64,000 bases of DNA from an uncultured Methylovirgula sp. (GCF_947646745.1 NZ_CANSHK010000002.1:20816-84815); one strand, 5' to 3'; counted from the first letter of the stretch, positions 38,299-48,125 are shown. Notes: generated by a model from the sequence alone, not told the origin. Numbers and translations: made by a program.

Positions 38299-39338
38299 TC
38301 CTCGACCGGCACCGAGGCGCGGAATTCTTCCGAGAGCAGCATTTGCGCGCCATGGATGACGATCTGTGCGCCGGGCGCAAGGCCGCTGACAATATAGCCT
38401 TCGCGCGGCGCCGAGCGGGCCGGGTTGATGGCGCGGCGGATGAAGATCGTCGGTTGCGTGCGGATGTAGATCCAGGCCTTGCCTTCAAGCCAGACGACGG
38501 CGGAGTCCGGCACGATGAGGCCCGGTTCCGACGCCTTGACCGCGAGGCTCGCCTCGAGCGTCAGGCCGGGCAGAAGGTTCTGGGCCGGAGTCTGATAGAG
38601 ATAGCTGACGCCTTGCAGCTTGGGATCTGCGGCTGTCGCTAGCGAGACGAAGCTGAGACGCACGTCGGTTGCGCCAAAAAGCGCGCTGGCGGTCGCTGGC
38701 GGCGTGGCGATGACGACGCCAGGTGGCAGCGTCACGCGTACGAGATAGCTGCGCCGGCCGATGAGATCAGCGAGCAAGGCGTCGTCGCCGGAAAGCGCAT
38801 CGGCGATCGCGCCGCCCCAGGCCTGCCGCGCATTGGCAATGATCGCGCCGGCATGGGTCTCAGCCGCGGCAAGCGTGTGGATATCGACCTCAAAGGCGCT
38901 GTGCGCACTCTGTAGTTGCGCCGTCGAGATGTTCTGCTGGTCTTTGTTGAGGACTTGTGCGCGCTGATAGGCGGCCTGCGAGGCGGCGAGCCGCGCCTTG
39001 GCGACAGCGACTTGCGCTTCGGCATCGCGGTATTGATTGCTGAGATCGACGAGGCCGGCGGGATCAAGCACGGTGGCGAAGCCGCGCGTGTAATCCTGGG
39101 CCGGTGCAGCGTCGAGCCGCTGTGCGATGATCCCGGCGTTCTGCTGCTCTTCGGTGCTGATCGTGAGTGTCGGAACGCCGTCCTTGATCGTCAGACGCAC
39201 CGGCGGATTGGGGTTTTGTTCGGTGTCGCTGTCCTCGTCGGCATGCGAGGGGATGAGATAGAATGCGCCCAGCACGCCGCCGACGGCGAAGGCCAGCAGC
39301 ACGATGGCGAGGATGCGGAAGCGTTTGATCGCGGTCAT
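38295..39338 (-). CDS. RND efflux periplasmic adaptor (MFP)
   Basis: N-terminal TM/signal, coiled-coil hairpin and beta-barrel segments. 4-nt overlaps with both neighbouring genes. Confidence 0.85.
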   Translation of the reverse strand: MTAIKRFRILAIVLLAFAVGGVLGAFYLIPSHADEDSDTEQNPNPPVRLTIKDGVPTLTISTEEQQNAGIIAQRLDAAPAQDYTRGFATVLDPAGLVDLSNQYRDAEAQVAVAKARLAASQAAYQRAQVLNKDQQNISTAQLQSAHSAFEVDIHTLAAAETHAGAIIANARQAWGGAIADALSGDDALLADLIGRRSYLVRVTLPPGVVIATPPATASALFGATDVRLSFVSLATAADPKLQGVSYLYQTPAQNLLPGLTLEASLAVKASEPGLIVPDSAVVWLEGKAWIYIRTQPTIFIRRAINPARSAPREGYIVSGLAPGAQIVIHGAQMLLSEEFRASVPVED

Positions 39339-40780
39339 GACGATGATCTCGGCGGCGGCGGCAATTGCGCTTGCGGCAGCGCCAGCAAAACATCCGGCCC
39401 GTAAAGCGGCCGCTCCAAGGCGTCTTCCAGCGAGCCCAGAGCTTGCCGTTGCTGCAAGACCGCGTCAAAGTTCGAAAGTGCCGTGATCGCCGCCTCCACC
39501 TGCGTCGAGACCAGGGTTGGCCGGTCCGCCTGCCCGGCGGCGAAGGATTTCTCGATCTGGCGTGCGCGGCGCGCCTCGTCGGCCTGCATGGCGGCGGCGC
39601 TGGCCAGCACTTGGGTCGATTTGCGGTAAGCGACGCTCGCGCGATCGATCTCGCCGATGATTTGCGCCTGAAGCGCAACAAAGCGCGCCGCGGCTTCCTG
39701 CCGCTTGGCGACCGCCTCGGCAAGAGCGCCCTGGTTCTGGTTGAAGATCGGCAGGGTCGCAAGAACGTTGAGCTGGTATTGATTGATGCCGTATTGGTAG
39801 CTGTAGCCGGGGCTCAGCGTAATGTCGGGATATTGACCGGCGACCGCTAGTTTCAGGTCCGCCTCGCTCGCCGAATAGACGGCGAGGCTCGCCTGAATAT
39901 CTGCCCGCCGGGTCAGCGCTTCGCGCCGCCAAAGACCGGACTCCGCGCGCCCGTCCAGGAGATGCGGGTGGTCGAAGGCCTCGGTCGCCAGCGCGACGCC
40001 ATCGAGGGCATGATCAGGAACGCCGATGGCGGTGGCGAGATCGACGCGCGCTTCGGACGCGGCAAGATCGAGGTCATGCAGGGCCAAAGTGACTTCGGCC
40101 CGGCTGACGCGCTCGCGCGACACGTCGAGGGCGGAGGCCTCGCCTGCCGCCTGGCGATGCTCAAGCAGTTCGACAAGCTGATCCTGCAGCGCCAGCCGTT
40201 GCTTCGTCAGCGCCAGGCGCCGCTCGGCCGCCCACAGCGCCAGCAAAGCCGCCCGGACGCGACCGCGCACTTGCCAGCCGGCGGCGGCAAGATCCCAGCG
40301 CGCCGCCTGCTCGAGCCGCAAGGCCTCTGCCGTGCGGGCCTCGCGCTTGCCGAAGGCATCGATGAGGAAATCGATCGCCGGGCCGATGGTCAGCGGCGCA
40401 GCGCCGATGGGAATGGCCCCCGGTACCAGCCCCTGCCCGACGATATTCGTAAAATTGAGCACCGGATTGGGCCGTTCATTGGCGGTGATGACGGCCGCCT
40501 TGGCGCCGGCAAGCTTGGCCTCGGCCAGCGCAATATCCGGGTGATAATAGAGCGCCGCCGCCGTCAGGCTGGCCAAATCCCAGCGGATGGGGGCATCGGG
40601 CGGCGCATCGGGCCGGGTCGCGGCAAGCACGAATTGGCGCAGGCGCGGATCCTCGAGGCTACGGCTTTCGAGCGCCGCGGCGGTCGCCACGGGCGAAAGC
40701 GGAACCGGCTGATCGCGCACGCAGCTACTGGCGAAAATGCCGGCCAAAGCAGCCATCAAGAGCCTGCGCACACATGTCAT
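39335..40780 (-). CDS. Efflux outer-membrane factor lipoprotein (TolC/CzcC family)
   Basis: Lipobox IFASSC and two TolC-type repeat halves. It is the first gene of a C-B-A order operon. Confidence 0.85.
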   Translation of the reverse strand: MTCVRRLLMAALAGIFASSCVRDQPVPLSPVATAAALESRSLEDPRLRQFVLAATRPDAPPDAPIRWDLASLTAAALYYHPDIALAEAKLAGAKAAVITANERPNPVLNFTNIVGQGLVPGAIPIGAAPLTIGPAIDFLIDAFGKREARTAEALRLEQAARWDLAAAGWQVRGRVRAALLALWAAERRLALTKQRLALQDQLVELLEHRQAAGEASALDVSRERVSRAEVTLALHDLDLAASEARVDLATAIGVPDHALDGVALATEAFDHPHLLDGRAESGLWRREALTRRADIQASLAVYSASEADLKLAVAGQYPDITLSPGYSYQYGINQYQLNVLATLPIFNQNQGALAEAVAKRQEAAARFVALQAQIIGEIDRASVAYRKSTQVLASAAAMQADEARRARQIEKSFAAGQADRPTLVSTQVEAAITALSNFDAVLQQRQALGSLEDALERPLYGPDVLLALPQAQLPPPPRSSS

Positions 40781-41023
40781 CCCGGTTCCCCGCCACGCGT
40801 GCCGCCTCTCCCGGCGACTGAAGCGTGGCTCACCTAGACTGTTATCGTCTCAAAGGGATTCCGGGAAATGTTCCAAGGTACTTATCAGGCATTTTCTTGC
40901 AGATGTGCCAAATATGAAACGATCACGAAAATATCGATCGGGCGGGCTCCCGCCCCCGGCGTTTGCCGTGAACTGGCCGTTTGACGCCTTGACGCCGCGG
41001 CGCTCGGAAACACATCCTGAGCC

Positions 41024-41710
41024 ATGAGCCGGCCACGCCAGGACTTCGAGATTACGCCCGATATTCTGTTGCGGGCCTATTCGATCGGGCTCTTCCCGAT
41101 GGCCGAGAGCGCCGAAGACCAGAATCTCTTCTGGATCGATCCCGAAGCGCGCGGCGTCTTCCCGCTCGACGGCATGATCGTGTCGCGGAAACTGGCGCGA
41201 CTCGTCCGCTCGGACCGTTTCGAGGTGCGGATCGACCACGATTTCGAGGCCGTGATCGATGCCTGCGCCAGCGTCGGCGAAGGCCGCGAAAAGACCTGGA
41301 TCAATCACCGGATCAAGAAGCTTTACGGCCAGCTCTTCGATCTCGGCCGCGTCCATACGGTCGAGGCCTGGCACGATGGCGTTCTGGCGGGCGGTCTTTA
41401 CGGCGTGGCGCTCGGCGCCGCCTTCTTCGGCGAAAGCATGTTTCACCGGCAGCGCGACGCCTCGAAAGTGGCATTGATCCATCTTGCCGGCCGGCTCGTC
41501 GCCGGAGGCTTTCAACTGCTCGACACGCAATTCGTGACGCCGCATTTGCAGTCGCTGGGCGCGATCGAAGTCTCGAAGGAAGCCTACCGTTTCATGCTGG
41601 CCGATGCGGTCGCCGGAAGGGGCGATTTCCTGGTCTGGCCGAAGGACCGCACCGTGCCGGGCCGCGAGGTGCTCGCCGCCCTGGCCGCGTCGGGCGACGA
41701 AATCGACTAA
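41024..41710 (+). CDS. aat: Leucyl/phenylalanyl-tRNA--protein transferase
   Basis: [13 protein letters not shown]...[13 protein letters not shown]...GESMFH. 228 aa. Confidence 0.93.
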   Translation: MSRPRQDFEITPDILLRAYSIGLFPMAESAEDQNLFWIDPEARGVFPLDGMIVSRKLARLVRSDRFEVRIDHDFEAVIDACASVGEGREKTWINHRIKKLYGQLFDLGRVHTVEAWHDGVLAGGLYGVALGAAFFGESMFHRQRDASKVALIHLAGRLVAGGFQLLDTQFVTPHLQSLGAIEVSKEAYRFMLADAVAGRGDFLVWPKDRTVPGREVLAALAASGDEID

Positions 41711-42447
41711 TTATTGTTATCCGGCGGCATCTGGCCGGGCGACAGCGGCGACGGCGGCGGCTGATCATTGCCGCTATTATCCGGCGGAGACTGATCGTTA
41801 CCCCCCGCGCCCGGCGGCTGGTCATTGCCGCCATTATCTGGCGGCTGGAAACCCGGTGGCGGTCCGACTTCGATGGGGCCGTGTTGCGGTGTGTTTTGCG
41901 GTGCGTCGCGAGTCTGGCGCTTCGGATGCTGCGGCTTTGCCGGATTGGCCGCCGGCGGCGCGGCCGGATTGGCCGCGGCCGGGGTGCCGCCTGCCTCTTC
42001 CGGCTCCGGCGTCGCAGCCGTGGTCGGCGGCGACGCGATCAATTGTTCGGTGCCTTTGCAGTCGGTCAGCCAGATGTCGTAGACGGGCTGGTCGAGCGCA
42101 TTGAGGCCGGGGCTCGCCGCGAACATCCAGCCTGAAAAGATGCGCTTCGTCGTCTTGTCGGCGTCGATCTCGTCGACTTGCACGAATGTATCGGTCTGTG
42201 GCGCCTCGGTCGGCGGCCGCGTGTAGCAGACACGATCGGTGACCAGTAACGAGCCGAATTGCACCGTCTCGTTCATGCCGACTTCAAAGGAAATGATCCG
42301 GCCGGTGATCTTGTCGAGTCCGGAAAAGACGGCGATCGAATGCTTGATCTTGTCGGCCGCCGCTTCGCTCGAATGTGCAAGCAAAAGGCCGAGACCAAGA
42401 CATGACGCCAAGGCGCCGCGCGCTCGTCTTCGCATCATGATCTTCAT
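41707..42447 (-). CDS. DUF2155-domain protein with repetitive Pro/Asn/Asp/Gly C-terminal tail
   Basis: Signal peptide and DUF2155 core ([18 protein letters not shown]...VCYTRPP). The C-terminus repeats PPDN(G/S)GNDQ. Confidence 0.8.
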   Translation of the reverse strand: MKIMMRRRARGALASCLGLGLLLAHSSEAAADKIKHSIAVFSGLDKITGRIISFEVGMNETVQFGSLLVTDRVCYTRPPTEAPQTDTFVQVDEIDADKTTKRIFSGWMFAASPGLNALDQPVYDIWLTDCKGTEQLIASPPTTAATPEPEEAGGTPAAANPAAPPAANPAKPQHPKRQTRDAPQNTPQHGPIEVGPPPGFQPPDNGGNDQPPGAGGNDQSPPDNSGNDQPPPSPLSPGQMPPDNNN

Positions 42448-42524
42448 CCGCGGCGCCGTCAGTTTACCCTCTCGAAGCCGGGCGAAAGGACCATCAAACT
42501 CCGGCCGGAATAGGGCCGCGCCGA

Positions 42525-42947
42525 TCAGCCGACGATCTCGTTGCCGGAAAAGAATTGTGCGATCTCGATGGCGGCCGTCTCGGGCGCATCGGAACCATGC
42601 GCCGAATTCTCGCCGACGGAGAGCGCAAACTGTTTGCGGACCGTGCCGCTGGCGGCCTTGGCCGGGTCGGTCGCGCCAAGCACGTCGCGGTATTTCTTGA
42701 TCGCGTCTTCGCCCTCGAGCACCTGGACGACGACGGGACCGGCGGTCATCGTTTCGACCAGTTCGCCGAAGAACGGCCGCGCCTTGTGCACGGCATAAAA
42801 GGTTTCGGCCTGGGCGCGCGTCATCAGCACGCGCTTTTGCGCAATGATGCGCAATCCCGCCGCTTCGATCAGTGCATTGATCGCGCCGGTCAGGTTGCGG
42901 CGCGTCGCGTCGGGCTTGATGATGGAAAACGTGCGTTCGATGGCCAT
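42525..42947 (-). CDS. ndk: Nucleoside-diphosphate kinase
   Basis: [14 protein letters not shown]...NSAHGSDA (active-site His). 140 aa. Confidence 0.97.
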   Translation of the reverse strand: MAIERTFSIIKPDATRRNLTGAINALIEAAGLRIIAQKRVLMTRAQAETFYAVHKARPFFGELVETMTAGPVVVQVLEGEDAIKKYRDVLGATDPAKAASGTVRKQFALSVGENSAHGSDAPETAAIEIAQFFSGNEIVG

Positions 42948-43017
42948 GTTTTATTGGTCTCTGAGGTAGGCCGCGCGCTTATAGCGGCGCCCATGCCGCC
43001 CTGCAAGGTGGACGGCG

Positions 43018-43605
43018 CTAATGGTGCGCCATGCGCCGCCGCAGCCCGCGGTCCAAAGCCAAAAGCGCATAGCCGCCGGCGACAAAACCCGCGGCGATGA
43101 AGCCCGCATTGAGGAGCGTTTGCGGCCAGCCGATCCTGGCCGCGTTGAAAAACGGATAAGGATAATGGCCGTCCGCCGCGCCGCGCGCCATCGCATAGAC
43201 GAAATAGATCACCGGAAAGGCGGCGAAGACGAACGGGTCGCGGAGCCGTAACGCGCCCTTGCACCCCGCGGCGAGCCAGAACAGCGGCACGAGAATGGGC
43301 ATGACGAGATGCAGGACGACATTCGCGGCGCTCGCCAATCCTTGCGGATGGTCGATCGGCCGCAACAAAAGCGCATAAACGATTCCGACAAGCAGGATGG
43401 CGAGCGTCAGGCCGGCAAGACTCTGCGGCGCGCGCCAGCCCGCCCCGCCTAATGCGATACCCGTGAAGAACGCGGCAATGGCAAGATTGGTGAGGATGGT
43501 GAAATAATCGGCGAGAATCCAAAGCGCGGCGATGGCCGAGCCGACATGCGCGTAAGTCGCCAGGAATTGCAGGGTGAGCCCCAGCCAGGCAGCACAGGCG
43601 ATCAG
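43018..43605 (-). CDS. Polytopic membrane protein (Pr6Pr / FAR-17a-AIG1-like), start codon unresolved
   Basis: About 200 aa of multi-TM sequence (…YFTILTNLAIAAFF…). The frame is open straight out of the tRNA-Phe 3' end with no in-frame ATG/GTG/TTG. The first conventional start is TTG in ...YALLLRP.... The 5' coordinate given is the first in-frame CTG, as a placeholder. Confidence 0.45.
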   Translation of the reverse strand: MIACAAWLGLTLQFLATYAHVGSAIAALWILADYFTILTNLAIAAFFTGIALGGAGWRAPQSLAGLTLAILLVGIVYALLLRPIDHPQGLASAANVVLHLVMPILVPLFWLAAGCKGALRLRDPFVFAAFPVIYFVYAMARGAADGHYPYPFFNAARIGWPQTLLNAGFIAAGFVAGGYALLALDRGLRRRMAHH

Positions 43606-43634
43606 CGCTGCGGCGAAGCGGCGAAACCAGCGGC

Positions 43635-43710
43635 TGGTGCCCAGGGGCGGAATCGAACCACCGACACTGCGATTTTCAGTCGCATGCTCTACCAACTGAG
43701 CTACCTGGGC
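43635..43710 (-). tRNA. tRNA-Phe (anticodon GAA)
   Basis: 76-nt cloverleaf: GCCCAGG acceptor, anticodon loop CTGAAAA, TTCGATT T loop, encoded CCA. Confidence 0.95.
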
Positions 43711-43787
43711 AGGGTCCGGCGCAGGGCCGGAGGGGCGCTTTATAGGAAGCGATCCAAGGCTTGTCCAGCCGTCCCGAAGCCTGTCCG

Positions 43788-44408
43788 CTATGCGACGGCG
43801 GCGACGGCGCCCTTGCGCGCCTCCAAGGCCATGACGATCAGCGAGGCGCCGCCGAAGAGGAGATCGATGCCGACGAGAAGCGCCAGCGCCCAGAGCGCCG
43901 AATCCGGCAGCCCGGTGAGCAAAAGCCCGACGATGAGGAAATCGACGAGGCCGTTGGCCAGCAGCAATTCCCATCGCGCCGATTGCTCGCTGCGATGCGT
44001 AATGCCGAAGATGATCATCAGCAAGCCGTCGATGATGAAGAACACGATCAGCACATGCGCCAAGGTCGTGAGATTGTGCGGCAGTGAGGCAAGAGACTGC
44101 AGTGGGTTCGAGAGCAATACCGCCGCCGCGATCAAAGCGATGATCGCCGACAGAAGCGACCAGCCGAAGCCCGGCGCATTGCGGCCGCGCAGCGTCGACA
44201 TGAGGCCGATGAGTCCGGCGATCAGAAACAGCCATCCGAGAAAGAAAATCGAGACGTTGCCGGCAACGAACGGAATGATAATCGCGGCAAGTCCAAGCAG
44301 GACAAGCGCGCTGCCTTCCGCCAGAAAGAGGCCCCAATGATCGTGGATCGCGCGGGACGATGCCGCGTCGGTTGATGGCTGAAACGTTGACACGGTTGCC
44401 CTCCTCAC
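43788..44408 (-). CDS. HdeD-family (DUF308) membrane protein
   Basis: Six hydrophobic segments with repeated DUF308-type helices (GLAAIIIPFVAG..., GWLFLIAGLIGL...). Confidence 0.75.
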   Translation of the reverse strand: MRRATVSTFQPSTDAASSRAIHDHWGLFLAEGSALVLLGLAAIIIPFVAGNVSIFFLGWLFLIAGLIGLMSTLRGRNAPGFGWSLLSAIIALIAAAVLLSNPLQSLASLPHNLTTLAHVLIVFFIIDGLLMIIFGITHRSEQSARWELLLANGLVDFLIVGLLLTGLPDSALWALALLVGIDLLFGGASLIVMALEARKGAVAAVA

Positions 44409-44532
44409 CGGCAGCGCTCGTCGAGCGCGATCGAAGCCTGCGCCTCTATAGCATCGCGGCGATTGTTGGCCATGGTGAAGTGGCCGAATTAAGCCAAGGG
44501 AAGAGATTGGATGCCGACGAACGACCCCGCGC

Positions 44533-44757
44533 TCAATGCGGCATTTCGCTGGCGGATTTCGGCGACCAGCGCCAGCGCCATCTGCGCCGCCGCTTCGCCG
44601 ACTGGGCGTGAACCGCAGACGACGGATCAGCCTTGCCCTGCGCGGCTTCGTCGGCGGCCATGTGCAGAAGATAGGCGACCATCGGCCGCCGCTGTTGCTC
44701 GGCTAATTTCTGCGCCTTGTCGATCAATTCGAGAAGCGGCTCGGAACTTTCAGGCAT
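44533..44757 (-). CDS. Hypothetical small protein
   Basis: 74-aa ORF. The first ~45 aa look helical (PLLELIDKAQKLAEQQRRPMVAYLLHMAADEA), the tail is Arg/Trp-rich, and the SD is weak. Confidence 0.3.
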   Translation of the reverse strand: MPESSEPLLELIDKAQKLAEQQRRPMVAYLLHMAADEAAQGKADPSSAVHAQSAKRRRRWRWRWSPKSASEMPH

Positions 44758-45146
44758 GATCTTAGCCTGCCAATAAATGCGGAGCTTCGCAAGTCTTGCG
44801 CGACACTTTTGTGACGCGCCGCATTAATTTTCATGGGTGTGGCGCCGCGATCACTTTGAGATTGATAATATAAATTCGTCAAAACGTTATCTAACATTAT
44901 TTCGAGCCTATTTAATCTCTCTCTCGGCCATCTGCTTTGTCGATTTCCAAGAGAAAAATTCAATCGCTTCAGACTGCGCCCCTTTCTCATCGGCGCGGGA
45001 ACGGTCCGGTCGGCCGGGCTTCGAGAAGCCGTCCCCGATGCGGGGCGCATGCCGGGGAGTTTGACGCTCATGTCCCGCTTACACTTTTGCGCATGATGCT
45101 CTAGGGTCCCGGCGAGCCAAACGCCCTTGTGTCTTAAGGAACTGCA

Positions 45147-45344
45147 ATGCCCAACGCCGCCGCCCTCGCCGCGCTCGACCAGGAAATCGCCGCCGTGCGC
45201 GAGAACATTCGCGACCTGACCGAACAGGCTGCCGCCTATTCCGGTGCCGAAGATGACGAACTCACGTCGGAGCGCATCGCCGAACAGGAGGCACTCCTCG
45301 CCAGGCTTTTGAAGGACCGCGAGGCGGCCGCCGCGGCGAGCTAA
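45147..45344 (+). CDS. Hypothetical small coiled-coil protein
   Basis: 65-aa ORF with AAGGAA 5 nt upstream of the ATG. The composition is helical and acidic. Confidence 0.5.
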   Translation: MPNAAALAALDQEIAAVRENIRDLTEQAAAYSGAEDDELTSERIAEQEALLARLLKDREAAAAAS

Positions 45345-45474
45345 TCCCCCTGCTCTAGGCCTTGCCGGCAGCTTTCAGCCAACGCAGGTCCGGAAGCGAA
45401 GCGGTTTCTGCCGCAAGCGCGCCGTGTAGCAAGTCCCTGATTTAATTTGATAAATGGAATGATTTAAAACCGAT

Positions 45475-46239
45475 TCAGGCCGCGCGGGCGGCGATCCGTG
45501 CGGTATCGATGAGGCGCAGAGTACTGCCTTCGATGACCAGGGCGGTGAGCTTGCCGGAGGCATAGGCCGCCGTATCGATACCGATGCGATTGGCGCGGCG
45601 CTCGACATTGCGGACCGGCGTATGGCCGTGCACGATCATTTTGCCGAAATCGCCGTCATGGCGGAGGAAGTCCTGCCGGATCCAGAGGAGGTCTTCTTCC
45701 GATTGGCGATCGAGAGCGATGCCCGGCCGCACCCCGGCATGAGCGAAGAAGAAATCACCGCAAGAAAATGAGCATTTCAACCCGCGGAAGAATTCGAGAT
45801 GGGGGGCGGGCAGCACCGCGGCAAAAGCTTGTGCAAGATCACTCACGCGGCTCTTCGCGACGGTGGCGGCGGTGAGGCCATAGGACGCCAAGGTCTCGAC
45901 GCCATGCATCAGCAGCCAGTCGCCCATCGCCGAAGGATCATCAAGCGCCTGGAGCACGAACGAATCATGGTTGCCCTTCAGCGCGACGACGCGATGCTGG
46001 ACCGACCGGGCGAGAATAAGATCGATCACCTCGCGCGAGGCCGGTCCGCGATCGATATAATCGCCGAGCATGATGTGCATCACTTGCGCCGGCGGCCGCC
46101 GGGCGAGATCGGCGTCGATGAGAGCGTAGAGGTGCGCCAAGAGGTCGGCGCGGCCATGCACGTCGCCGATGGCATAGACCCGCATCCCGTCGGGGAGCCG
46201 CGGTCGCGCCGGAGATTTGAATTTGAAACCCGGCGCCAT
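45475..46239 (-). CDS. Metallophosphoesterase (PrpA/ApaH-like Ser/Thr phosphatase family)
   Basis: GDVHG, GDYIDRGP, GNHD and VHGHTP motifs in canonical order. Confidence 0.85.
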   Translation of the reverse strand: MAPGFKFKSPARPRLPDGMRVYAIGDVHGRADLLAHLYALIDADLARRPPAQVMHIMLGDYIDRGPASREVIDLILARSVQHRVVALKGNHDSFVLQALDDPSAMGDWLLMHGVETLASYGLTAATVAKSRVSDLAQAFAAVLPAPHLEFFRGLKCSFSCGDFFFAHAGVRPGIALDRQSEEDLLWIRQDFLRHDGDFGKMIVHGHTPVRNVERRANRIGIDTAAYASGKLTALVIEGSTLRLIDTARIAARAA

Positions 46240-46377
46240 CGGAATGCCTCCCCGTCTCGGGCCGCCGAGCGTGACTTTAGACGATTCGCATGACGGTCAG
46301 GCCGACTTTTCGGGCCGCTTGCCGCTGTTTCCCGCTTGCTCTAAAGTGTCCCCGATTGTGGATTTCATGAGGCTCGC

Positions 46378-46470
46378 GTGCGGTTTGGCGCCGACCATTT
46401 GCAGCGTAAGGACTTGGCCCGCGGGCCGGCGGCGCTGTCGCTCGGCCTGCTTCTCCTTACCAGCCCCTGA
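46378..46470 (+). promoter_or_regulatory. Candidate Leu-rich leader peptide ORF upstream of leuA
   Basis: The GTG at 46378 lies 5 nt after GAGG. It encodes (M)RFGADHLQRKDLARGPAALSLGLLLLTSP, with 8 Leu in 30 aa and four consecutive Leu codons CTG CTT CTC CTT at 46447-46458. Its stop codon sits inside a GC-rich hairpin (46464-46504). leuA begins at 46551. Confidence 0.4.
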
Positions 46471-46550
46471 GCGCCGGCCGGGTTTTCGCCCGGGCACTCA
46501 GGGGAGCATTGCACCAGCCCATTCCGTCATTTCAGACCTGAGCCAATCCG

Positions 46551-48125
46551 ATGAAAAATTCTGTGCAAAGCAACGGCGCCAAGCCTGCCGATAAAGACCG
46601 GGTTTTGATCTTCGATACGACCTTGCGCGACGGCGAACAATGCCCCGGCGCAACCATGACCTTCGAGGCGAAGCTCGAGGTCGCCCATCTGCTCGATACG
46701 ATGGGCGTCGACATTATCGAGGCCGGCTTTCCCATCGCCTCCGAGGGCGATTTCGAGGCCGTGTCCGAGATCGCCAAGCGCACCAAGCGGGCCCGCGTCG
46801 CCGGCCTTGCCCGGGCCATCGAGCGCGATATTGCCCGCGCCGGCGAGGCCGTGCGCCATGCCGCGCAGCCGCGCATCCACACGTTCGTTTCGACCTCGCC
46901 GATCCATCTTGAGCATCAGATGAATAAAAGCGAGGCGGATGTTCTCGCCATCATCACCAAGACGGTGATGCAGGCGCGCAACCTCGTCGACGACGTCGAA
47001 TGGTCGGCGATGGATGCGACGCGGACGCCGATCGACTATCTCTGCCGCTGCATCGAGGCGGCGATCAAGGCCGGTGCCACGACGATCAATCTGCCCGACA
47101 CGGTCGGCTATGCGATCCCGAGCGAATATGCCGCGATGTTCGAGGCGGTGCGCAATCGCGTGCCGGATGCCGACAAGGCGATCTTCTCCGTCCATTGTCA
47201 CGACGACCTCGGCCTCGCCGTCGCCAATACGCTCGCCGGCGTCGCCGCCGGGGCGCGGCAGATCGAATGTACGATCAACGGGCTTGGCGAGCGCGCCGGC
47301 AACGCCGCCCTCGAAGAGGTCGTGATGGCGCTGAAGACGCGCGGTGATCGCCTGCCCTATTACAGCACGATCGATGCGACGATGCTGACGCGCGCATCGA
47401 AGCTCGTCTCCGCCGTCAGCTCCTTCCCGGTGCAATACAACAAGGCGATCGTCGGCCGGAACGCCTTTGCGCACGAGAGCGGCATCCATCAGGACGGCAT
47501 TCTCAAGAATGCGCAGACTTACGAAATCATGACGCCGGAGAGCGTCGGCCTCAGCAAAAGCTCGCTCGTCATGGGCAAGCATTCGGGCCGCCACGCTTTC
47601 CGCGAGAAATTGCGCGAGCTCGGCTACGAGCTCGGCGAGAACGCGCTGCAGGATGCGTTCACCCGCTTCAAGAATCTGGCCGACCGCAAGAAGACGATCT
47701 ACGACGAAGATCTGATCGCGCTGGTCGATGACGAATTGGTCAGTGCGCATGAGCGCATCAAGCTCGTCTCGCTGACGGTGATGGCCGGCACCGGCGGCCC
47801 GCAATCGGCGGCGCTGACGCTCGACGTCGAAGGCACGCTCAAGACGCATCAGGCAACCGGCAACGGCCCCGTGGACGCGATCTTCAATGCCATCCACGCG
47901 CTCGTGCCGCATGAGGCGCAGCTCGAACTCTATCAAGTTCACGCCGTCACCCAGGGTACCGACGCCCAGGCGGAGGTCTCCGTCAAGCTCGCCGAGGGCG
48001 GCCGCTCGGTGACGGCACGCGGCGCCGATCCGGATACGCTTGTCGCCTCCGCCCGGGCCTATATTGCCGCGCTCAACAAGCTTGCAGCGCTGCAACGGCG
48101 CAAGACGGATAGCAAGGCCGGCTAA
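46551..48125 (+). CDS. leuA: 2-isopropylmalate synthase
   Basis: [11 protein letters not shown]..., [13 protein letters not shown], and a C-terminal LeuA dimerisation/regulatory domain. 524 aa. Confidence 0.97.
   Translation: MKNSVQSNGAKPADKDRVLIFDTTLRDGEQCPGATMTFEAKLEVAHLLDTMGVDIIEAGFPIASEGDFEAVSEIAKRTKRARVAGLARAIERDIARAGEAVRHAAQPRIHTFVSTSPIHLEHQMNKSEADVLAIITKTVMQARNLVDDVEWSAMDATRTPIDYLCRCIEAAIKAGATTINLPDTVGYAIPSEYAAMFEAVRNRVPDADKAIFSVHCHDDLGLAVANTLAGVAAGARQIECTINGLGERAGNAALEEVVMALKTRGDRLPYYSTIDATMLTRASKLVSAVSSFPVQYNKAIVGRNAFAHESGIHQDGILKNAQTYEIMTPESVGLSKSSLVMGKHSGRHAFREKLRELGYELGENALQDAFTRFKNLADRKKTIYDEDLIALVDDELVSAHERIKLVSLTVMAGTGGPQSAALTLDVEGTLKTHQATGNGPVDAIFNAIHALVPHEAQLELYQVHAVTQGTDAQAEVSVKLAEGGRSVTARGADPDTLVASARAYIAALNKLAALQRRKTDSKAG

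Noticed and set aside
43018-44337. 439-aa ORF reading through tRNA-Phe
   Set aside because: The upstream two-thirds translates the tRNA gene and overlaps the HdeD-family gene in another frame. Only the part downstream of the tRNA is protein-like.
46527-48095. 522-aa ORF on the minus strand
   Set aside because: Antisense shadow of leuA. No recognisable domain, and the plus-strand frame has unambiguous LeuA motifs.
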